Shown here piece by piece: positions 6,334-12,439 of a stretch of DNA of 12,439 bases. Each line of letters starts with the position of its first letter. Positions within the stretch are counted from its first letter, which is position 1. A program made the position numbers and the translations under genes. This stretch comes from Myxococcota bacterium. Lineage in GTDB: Bacteria; Myxococcota; UBA4151. A model generated the notes under the pieces. It had not been told where the DNA came from and made no database searches. It saw nothing but the letters and a program-made list of their open reading frames with translations. The stretch covers positions 1-12,439 of the forward strand of contig JBDQPD010000105.1 of the NCBI GenBank assembly GCA_040260805.1, read 5' to 3'.

Positions 6334-7454
6334 TCTTTAAGCGAACACTAGCCGCCGTGATGGTCTCAGGTTTGGTCCTTAGTATGCCGAGCGCAGCCTC
6401 TGCCGCGCCCAAACCGGTCGAGCGTAAAGTAGACCCCGAAGTGGCGAAGAAAAAAGAAGAAGAAGCCAAGGCAGCTGCCGAGAAAGCAGCCGCCGATCAG
6501 GCCGCGGCCGAGAAGGCTGCGCTTGAGAAGGCTGCCGCCGACAAGCTCGCCGCAGAAGCCAAAGCCGTCGAGGACGCCAAAGCCGCCGAAGAGCAAAAGA
6601 AGAAAGACGAAGCCGAGGCTGCGGCGGCCGCCGCTAAGGCTGCCGAGCCGCCCAAGGGGACGCCAACCTGGGCGTACATGCTGGCGCCGGACAGCCAGCC
6701 TGAGCATGTGCTCTTGATGCAAGCCTCGCTGGCTAAGGGCGTCGCCGCTAACGACAAGCTGCACACGGTCGACGCCGACATCTCGGCGCTCCCCGCTGAG
6801 CTGCAGGCTGCCTTGAACGACGGCTGCCGGGTGAGCTCTTGCCGCACGGCGTTGCTCGCGGCGCTCAAGGTGCCGCAGGGCTTGATCGTCGAGACCAACG
6901 CCAGCGGCTCGTCGCTGACCTTTACCTTGTTCTCGTCAAGCGGAGACACCCTGGGCCGAAGCACTGGCAGCTGCATCGGCTGCATCGAGGACGAAAAGAA
7001 ACGCGACCTGGTGGTGGGTGAGATGGTGCAAGACTTGTACATTAAGACCGAAGCCAAGACCCTCGCCGAAGCCAACGCTGAGGCGGCGGTCACGGTCGAG
7101 TCAGCGACGGCCGCCGCCGCTTCGATCGGCGGCAAAGGGCCGCTGGCTCGTGGCGTCCAAAAGCGCCGCGCCCCGAAGGTGCGTCGAAACACTGTGGTCA
7201 AGTGGGTGCCGAGTGTGTGGACCTATGCTGGGGCTGGGACCTTGGCGGCGGCGAGTGGTGGTTTGTTGATCGCCGCCTCGAGCGCGCACAACACCTACAT
7301 CAAGGCGATTAATGAAGAGCGTGGCCCAGGCGAGATCGATGGTATTGCGTCGGCTGGTCAGGCGCGTGAAGTGATGGCGTACACCTCGTTGGTGTTGTCC
7401 GCTGGAGTGGTGGTGGCTTCTTACGTACTCGAACAAAAGGAGGTGGCGAAATGA
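6330..7454 (+). CDS. Exported/membrane protein with Ala/Glu/Lys-rich helical stalk and C-terminal hydrophobic segments, ~374 aa
   Basis: ATG 6330 overlaps the previous TGA. Signal peptide ending AASA, then a low-complexity AEKAAA-type region, a small Cys-containing domain (GCRVSSC, SCIGC) and two Gly/Ala-rich hydrophobic stretches near the C-terminus. Confidence 0.85.
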   Translation: MIFKRTLAAVMVSGLVLSMPSAASAAPKPVERKVDPEVAKKKEEEAKAAAEKAAADQAAAEKAALEKAAADKLAAEAKAVEDAKAAEEQKKKDEAEAAAAAAKAAEPPKGTPTWAYMLAPDSQPEHVLLMQASLAKGVAANDKLHTVDADISALPAELQAALNDGCRVSSCRTALLAALKVPQGLIVETNASGSSLTFTLFSSSGDTLGRSTGSCIGCIEDEKKRDLVVGEMVQDLYIKTEAKTLAEANAEAAVTVESATAAAASIGGKGPLARGVQKRRAPKVRRNTVVKWVPSVWTYAGAGTLAAASGGLLIAASSAHNTYIKAINEERGPGEIDGIASAGQAREVMAYTSLVLSAGVVVASYVLEQKEVAK

Positions 7455-8584
7455 GACACCTTCTGATCGCCTGTGCCCTGATGACCGTGTCCGGTTGCAT
7501 GAACTGGGAGATGCATAAACTCGAAGACGGCTGTCAGGTCGACAGCCAATGCGGCGAGTTCATGTACTGCGAGACGGTGACCGGCAGCTGCCGCTGCCAG
7601 GACGACCGCGGCTGCGGTTTGGACGAGTTCTGCAACTCACAAAACTTCTGCCAGGTCCGCTCGGGCTGCTTGTCCAATGAGGACTGCCCGATGCTCGAGC
7701 TCGATGGACAACAAGTCGAGCGAATCTGCGATATTCGTCGCAGCCAGTGCATCCCGCTGCCGGGTTGCGGCGTCGACGCCGATTGCCTCTTTGGTAACCT
7801 CTGCGCCACCAACCAGACCTGCATCCCGGGCTGCCGTGACAACGGCGACTGCCCCTTAGGACAGATCTGCAACAGCGGCCAGTGCAGCGCCGACCAGTGC
7901 CTGACCAACGCCGACTGCGACCCAGGCGAGCGCTGCAATTCGGGCGAGTGCACGATCGATGACCGTGGGCCCTTTTGCCGACCCTGCCAAAACACCCGCG
8001 ACGAGCCACCCGAATGCGGCGACTACGCCAACTACTGCCTGATCGATACCTCATCGCAGAGCGGTTACTTCTGCGGCGTGGACTGCGCTCGTGGTCAGGA
8101 ATGCCCCAAAGGCTACTCCTGCAACAACGTGCGCATCGTGACCTCGGTTCAGTGCTCGGTCTCGGCTTGTGTCGACGGCTTCTGCCGCGGCGCCAGCGCT
8201 GGCTTCGCCTGCGCCGCCGACACCGACTGCGAGAACCCACGGCCTCGTGGCACCTGCCCGAAAGAGGGGATGGAGTGCCGCGGCGGCGAGGGCGCTCAGC
8301 GCGCCTACTGCTCGTGCGTCGATGATTCGGATTGCCCGCGTGACGAATGCCGCGACGCGTCGATCACCGAGAGCTGCAACGGCGGCGTCTGCTCGGTCAG
8401 CGGCGATGAGTGTGGAAGCTCAGCGGATTGTCCGGGCAACCGCCTGGGTCACTGCCTGATCTCCGGACATCGCTGCTACGACAACATGGACTGCGACCTG
8501 ATCGCTTGTGTTGAGGGTGGCTGCTTGATCGGCCGCAACTGCGCACCCGAAGAGGGTCTGAGCTGTCGGGACATGCCGCAGTAA
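7451..8584 (+). CDS. Cysteine-rich repeat lipoprotein, 377 aa
   Basis: SD AAGGAGG, ATGA overlap, lipobox VSGC. 56 Cys by manual count, arranged in repeated CxxD/NxDCxxGxxC units. Confidence 0.9.
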   Translation: MRHLLIACALMTVSGCMNWEMHKLEDGCQVDSQCGEFMYCETVTGSCRCQDDRGCGLDEFCNSQNFCQVRSGCLSNEDCPMLELDGQQVERICDIRRSQCIPLPGCGVDADCLFGNLCATNQTCIPGCRDNGDCPLGQICNSGQCSADQCLTNADCDPGERCNSGECTIDDRGPFCRPCQNTRDEPPECGDYANYCLIDTSSQSGYFCGVDCARGQECPKGYSCNNVRIVTSVQCSVSACVDGFCRGASAGFACAADTDCENPRPRGTCPKEGMECRGGEGAQRAYCSCVDDSDCPRDECRDASITESCNGGVCSVSGDECGSSADCPGNRLGHCLISGHRCYDNMDCDLIACVEGGCLIGRNCAPEEGLSCRDMPQ

Positions 8585-8593
8585 GGGGAGCCC

Positions 8594-9667
8594 TTAGTGT
8601 TGCGCTTGAGCGGCGAGCTGGCGCGCCTGGTGCTCTTTGATCAGCGCGTCTTGGATCTTACCGACCTCACCGTCGAGGATACCGGGCAGGTTGTGCACCG
8701 TTAAGCCGATGCGATGGTCCGTGACCCGGTCCTGAGGATAGTTGTAGGTGCGGATCTTCTCGCTGCGATCACCCGAGCCCACCATCGCTTTGCGATCGGC
8801 GGCTTGCTCGGCGTGCTTGCGCGCCTGGTCGGCTTCGTAGAGTCGAGCGCGCAGCACCGAGAGCGCTTTGGCTTTGTTCTTATGCTGTGACTTCTCGTCT
8901 TGGCAGATCACGATCACGCCGGTCGGCTCGTGGGTGAGGCGAACGGCTGAGTCGGTGGTGTTGACCGACTGACCACCGGGACCCGACGCACGAAAGACAT
9001 CGATGCGGACATCGCCCATGTTGATGTCGAAATCGGCTTCTTCGACCTCGGGCAGCACCGCGACCGTGCACGCTGAGGTGTGAATACGGCCCTGGCTCTC
9101 GGTCTTGGGCACACGCTGCACCCGGTGGGTGCCCGCTTCCCATTTGAGGTGTCCAAAGGCCTCGGTGCCGCTGATCCTACCGATGATCTCTTTAAAGCCG
9201 CCAGCGGTGCCCTCTGACGACGAGACCACCTCCATGCGCCAGCCTTGTGTGCGATCGACCAGACGTTGGTACATGCGGAACAAGTCGCCTACAAAGAGGC
9301 TGGCTTCGTCGCCGCCGGTGCCGGCGCGGATCTCGAGCAGGCAGTTGCGGTCGTCGTCGGGGTTGCGTGGCAGCAAGGCCAGCTGCAGCGCCTCGGCCAG
9401 TTCGCTCAAGCGAGCGTTGATCGTCTCAAGTTCAAGCTGCGCCATCTCGACGAGCTCGGCGTCGTCGTCTTGAGCCAGCAGCTCAGCCTCTTCTTTTTGC
9501 TCGAGCAAAGACTGCTGCTCTTCGGCGAGTCGAGCGATGGGCTCAAGCTGCTTTTGGGTGGTGACAATTTGCCGGTAGGCTTTGGGGTCCGATGCGATAT
9601 CGGGGTCGCCAAGCTGGGCGGTGAGCTCAGCGTATTGGGCTTGGATCTCGGCGATGCGTTCTTGCAT
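8594..9667 (-). CDS. prfA: Peptide chain release factor 1, 357 aa
   Basis: [29 protein letters not shown] (PxT anticodon-mimic of RF1), [29 protein letters not shown]. Confidence 0.98.
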   Translation of the reverse strand: MQERIAEIQAQYAELTAQLGDPDIASDPKAYRQIVTTQKQLEPIARLAEEQQSLLEQKEEAELLAQDDDAELVEMAQLELETINARLSELAEALQLALLPRNPDDDRNCLLEIRAGTGGDEASLFVGDLFRMYQRLVDRTQGWRMEVVSSSEGTAGGFKEIIGRISGTEAFGHLKWEAGTHRVQRVPKTESQGRIHTSACTVAVLPEVEEADFDINMGDVRIDVFRASGPGGQSVNTTDSAVRLTHEPTGVIVICQDEKSQHKNKAKALSVLRARLYEADQARKHAEQAADRKAMVGSGDRSEKIRTYNYPQDRVTDHRIGLTVHNLPGILDGEVGKIQDALIKEHQARQLAAQAQH

Positions 9668-9672
9668 AGGTC

Positions 9673-9708
9673 AAAAAACCAAAGACCTGCCCAGAGCGTG
9701 GGCAGGTC
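9673..9708 (-). terminator. Intrinsic terminator after rpmE
   Basis: Perfect 10-bp stem 9684-9693/9699-9708 with a 5-nt loop, followed on the minus strand by TTTGGTTTTTT. Confidence 0.8.
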
Positions 9709-9729
9709 CTAAAGGTTCGAATAAAGTCG

Positions 9730-9936
9730 CTACTTAGCGGCTTTGGAGTAGCGACGACGGAAGCGCTCGACGCGACCCTCGGCATCGACAAGCTTTTGCT
9801 TGCCGGTGTAGAACGGGTGACAAGCCGAGCAGATATCGACGGTGTAGCTGCCCGCTGTGGAGCGAGTCTCGATCACGTCGCCACAGGCGCAGCTGATCGA
9901 CGCAGCTTTAAGTTCAGGATGGATACCAGCACGCAT
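9730..9936 (-). CDS. rpmE: 50S ribosomal protein L31, zinc-binding (C+) type, 68 aa
   Basis: MRAGIHP...CACG...DICSACHPFYTGKQKLVD.EGRVERFRRRY. Start at ATG 9936 behind SD GAAGGAGG. The ORF-track ATG at 9951 lies upstream of the SD. Confidence 0.97.
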   Translation of the reverse strand: MRAGIHPELKAASISCACGDVIETRSTAGSYTVDICSACHPFYTGKQKLVDAEGRVERFRRRYSKAAK

Positions 9937-9962
9937 AGCGGCCTCCTTCATTAGGGCGGCGA

Positions 9963-9991
9963 TCCCTAGGCATGGCCCTCAAGGGCGTCAA
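9963..9991 (-). promoter_or_regulatory. Candidate sigma70-type promoter for rpmE
   Basis: Minus strand TTGACG - 17 nt - TAGGGA, with an AT-rich tract upstream. The -10 match is poor. Confidence 0.35.
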
Positions 9992-10073
9992 GTAAAAACC
10001 ACTCGATAACAAAGCCTGGCCGGGGATTTTATTCTTGTTTCTTAGTTTGCCGATTTGGGATTGAGTTGCAAAG

Positions 10074-10089
10074 TGTGACATGAGTCACA
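10074..10089. promoter_or_regulatory. CRP-family binding site TGTGA-N6-TCACA
   Basis: aagTGTGAcatgagTCACAgta is an exact match to both CRP half-sites, located in the rpmE/asnB divergent intergenic region. Confidence 0.7.
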
Positions 10090-10152
10090 GTAAGCCATCT
10101 CACGCTCGCTCACTTGCAGGGGTACGGTGGTCTAGAAGGACGAACCCAGCTC

Positions 10153-12024
10153 GTGTGTGGCTTACTCGGCGTACTGACCGCCGATCCAAACAAAAGACCC
10201 GACGCCGCCTTGCTGAGGCGGTATCTCGAACCTTTAGTTCCTCGAGGGCCTGATCATCAGGCTGTACGGGTCGAGCCTGGTTTAGGGTTTGGACACACCC
10301 GCTTGGCGGTTCTGGATCTGGGCGAACAAGCCAACCAGCCAATTGGTGCGGGCGACGCTGGCGAGCTGGTCTTTAACGGCGAGATCTATAATTTCGCGGC
10401 GCTGGGCGAAGCCCTAGACGACTCACGCTACGAGCGCGCTGGCGACACTCGAGTCCTGCATGGTTATCTGGCGCGGCATGGCGCCCAAGCCGACCTGAAC
10501 CAGCTTGAGGGAATGTTCGCCTTTGCCTTTTATGAACGCGCCGAAGAGCGGCTGGTTTTAGCGCGCGATGCGATGGGTCAAAAACCGCTGTATTACGCCA
10601 AGATCGACGGCGATTTATGGTTCGCGTCGGATGCCGCGCCGCTGCGCCTCGCCATGGGCTCCTCGAGTCTGGATCTTGGCGTGCTGTCGGCCTGGTTTGC
10701 CATGGGCGCCACCGACCTCGCCACCGGCGAGAGTTTGTTTGAGGGGGTCCATGTGCTGCCTCCTGGGCATCGTCTGATCATCGATCGCGACGATCTGTTC
10801 GATGACGAGCTGCCACCGATTGAGCGTTGGCATCGATTTGATGACGCACCCAGCGATGGAGCGCAGGCGATCGCTGCGCTTGAGGACTCTGTACGAGCCC
10901 GTTTGGTGAGCGAGGTGCCGCTGGGTGCAATGCTCAGCGGTGGCGTCGATTCAGCGCTTCTGGTGAGCTTGATCGCAGTTCATCGATCGCTCGATGGATT
11001 TAACACCTTTGCGGTCGGTTACGAGCGCGCCGCGGGTGATCTCCACTGGGCTCGCAAAGTCGCCAATGATCTGGGTGTGGAGCACCATGAGCTTTTGCTC
11101 GATAGGCGCACCTACCTCGACCTGATTGACGATTCGGTCGAGGCGCTTCAGGCGCCGCTGACCTTTGGTAATGAGCCCGCTTTGCTCGCCTTGTGTCGTT
11201 TGGCGCGCGAGAAGGTCACCGTAGTGGTCGGCGGTGAGGGCGCTGATGAAGCCTTCGGCGGTTACCGGATTCTTTTTGGCGCCGCGTCGTGGCGGCGCCG
11301 AGTAGCGGCTTTCGAGCGAGGCCTCATCGATCAAAAGGGTCGTGAAGCGATCCACCGGTCCTTCGGTTTCTTGCCGCCTTCGGGTGAGAGCGACTTCTTC
11401 TTGAACCTGTATCATTGGTTCAATTTTGCCGAACGCAACTTCTTGTTTCGCCCAGAGTTCAAAGAGCAGATCGGTCATGACCAGTCGCTCTTTGGACACG
11501 TCGATAAGCTCTTTTCTTGGGCGCCGGACCAGTCGGACTTGACGCGGATGCAAGGGGTCTTCCTCAAGGGGCATCTGCCGCGTCTGCTTCGACGACTTGA
11601 CGCGATGAGCATGAGCTGTGGCTTAGAGGCTCGGGCGCCCTTCTGCGCACGAACCTTAGTCGATACGGGCTTGGGCTTACCACAGTCTGATAAGCTCGAA
11701 CCCCATTTTGGTTCCGATCTGACCTTGGCTGAGAGTTTGATCGGCGTAGAGGGTAAAACCATCTTGCGCGCCGAAGCCAAGCGTCGCGAGCTTGCGGTAT
11801 GGAACCGCCCCAAGAGCCCCTTTGCGGCACCTTTTCTCGCCTGGTTTGGGCCGGAGCATCGGTCCCATTGGGAGCCTGAATTGTTTCGTCCTGGAGGCGT
11901 TGAGCGGTTCATCGATCCTGATCAGATGAAGATCTGGATCGATCAAAGCGAAGGGGTGAACATCGCCTTTAAGGTCTGGCAGCTGTACAGCTTAGGCCGC
12001 TTTTTAGACGTGCACTCGGTGTAG
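10153..12024 (+). CDS. asnB: Asparagine synthase (glutamine-hydrolysing) family amidotransferase, ~623 aa
   Basis: GTG 10153 gives the M-C-G N-terminus with the Ntn nucleophile Cys2. Motifs RGPD, GHTRL, FNGEIYN, GMFAFA, ARD..GQKPLYY, LSGGVDS, GEGADE, E.R.PF. The actual substrate is uncertain in this family. Confidence 0.93.
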   Translation: MCGLLGVLTADPNKRPDAALLRRYLEPLVPRGPDHQAVRVEPGLGFGHTRLAVLDLGEQANQPIGAGDAGELVFNGEIYNFAALGEALDDSRYERAGDTRVLHGYLARHGAQADLNQLEGMFAFAFYERAEERLVLARDAMGQKPLYYAKIDGDLWFASDAAPLRLAMGSSSLDLGVLSAWFAMGATDLATGESLFEGVHVLPPGHRLIIDRDDLFDDELPPIERWHRFDDAPSDGAQAIAALEDSVRARLVSEVPLGAMLSGGVDSALLVSLIAVHRSLDGFNTFAVGYERAAGDLHWARKVANDLGVEHHELLLDRRTYLDLIDDSVEALQAPLTFGNEPALLALCRLAREKVTVVVGGEGADEAFGGYRILFGAASWRRRVAAFERGLIDQKGREAIHRSFGFLPPSGESDFFLNLYHWFNFAERNFLFRPEFKEQIGHDQSLFGHVDKLFSWAPDQSDLTRMQGVFLKGHLPRLLRRLDAMSMSCGLEARAPFCARTLVDTGLGLPQSDKLEPHFGSDLTLAESLIGVEGKTILRAEAKRRELAVWNRPKSPFAAPFLAWFGPEHRSHWEPELFRPGGVERFIDPDQMKIWIDQSEGVNIAFKVWQLYSLGRFLDVHSV

Positions 12025-12438
12025 CTACTCGACCGCCACGACATCGGGTTCGGGGGTCTCTTCACCTGCCATTGCTGGGATTTGCTTTGGCGCTTTGGGC
12101 GACTGCAGGCGGTGGACTTGCAGGACCATCCGCGTGGTCGGCGCAAACTCCACCGCGACCATGTCACCGCTGGTGATTTGACCGCTAATTCTTTTGGGGA
12201 CGTCGAACTGCTCGCCTTTGACGATCAGGAAGCCCGAACCCACCGAATCCACGCTGGCGCTCAACCCGGCAGCCACACCACCCTTAAGATCGGCGCGGTG
12301 ATTCGAGGTCGCGCCTTCGGTAAATCCGGCCACTGCGATCGGAATGAGTACAAAGAGCGCAAACAAGGTCACGTCGCCTATGCTGCCTTGACCCATGATC
12401 CAAATGACGATGCGCCAACCCAGCAGGATCGCCCAGAT
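12025..12438 (-). CDS. Partial hypothetical membrane protein (5' end outside window)
   Basis: The frame stays open upstream of ATG 12396 to the window edge (IWAILLGWRIVIWIMGQG...LFALFVLIPIAVAGF), giving two hydrophobic segments and then a small beta-rich domain. Its stop abuts the asnB stop. Confidence 0.7.
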   Translation of the reverse strand: MWAILLGWRIVIWIMGQGSIGDVTLFALFVLIPIAVAGFTEGATSNHRADLKGGVAAGLSASVDSVGSGFLIVKGEQFDVPKRISGQITSGDMVAVEFAPTTRMVLQVHRLQSPKAPKQIPAMAGEETPEPDVVAVE

Positions 12439-12439
12439 C

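Noticed and set aside
6440..6650. tolA or a DNA tandem repeat/CRISPR array
   Set aside because: The repetitiveness comes from Ala/Glu/Lys codons. There is a cleavable signal peptide, no tolQR/tolB context and no constant repeat-spacer pattern.
4514..7201. Long antisense ORFs (4514-5098, 5026-5640, 6497-7201) and similar shadow ORFs elsewhere
   Set aside because: They overlap well-supported genes on the opposite strand, as expected in high-GC DNA with strong codon bias, and have no motifs.
5011..8584. Surface lipoproteins as the DGR target
   Set aside because: None ends in a CLec-type GFR motif or shows similarity to the visible TR end. It cannot be fully excluded without the whole TR.
8594..9667. 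RF2 or programmed frameshift
   Set aside because: It has PKT (PxT) rather than SPF, and the ORF is uninterrupted.
10153..12024. Lasso peptide cyclase
   Set aside because: The intact N-terminal Cys glutaminase domain is present, and there is no B protein, RRE or precursor peptide nearby.

Overview
GC-rich bacterial chromosomal window. The gene content (vWA and Cys-rich lipoproteins, a conserved hypothetical) suggests a Myxococcota/deltaproteobacteria-like host, which is inference. The left end (1-1523) holds the catalytic core of a diversity-generating retroelement (DGR): the probable 3' end of a template repeat, a structured ~170-nt spacer, an Avd accessory gene and a translationally coupled DGR-type reverse transcriptase. 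The RT is divergent, has a short C-terminus, and its stop overlaps the stop of bcp. No variable repeat or target gene is visible in the window. The rest is: a minus-strand coupled operon (DEAD-box helicase, hypothetical, bcp); a Tat/lipoprotein intradiol dioxygenase-like gene; a coupled three-gene envelope operon (vWA lipoprotein, Ala/Glu/Lys-rich exported protein, 56-Cys lipoprotein); rpmE-terminator-prfA on the minus strand; a perfect CRP-type box; an asnB-family amidotransferase; and a partial membrane protein. No tRNA, rRNA, CRISPR array or transposase was seen.
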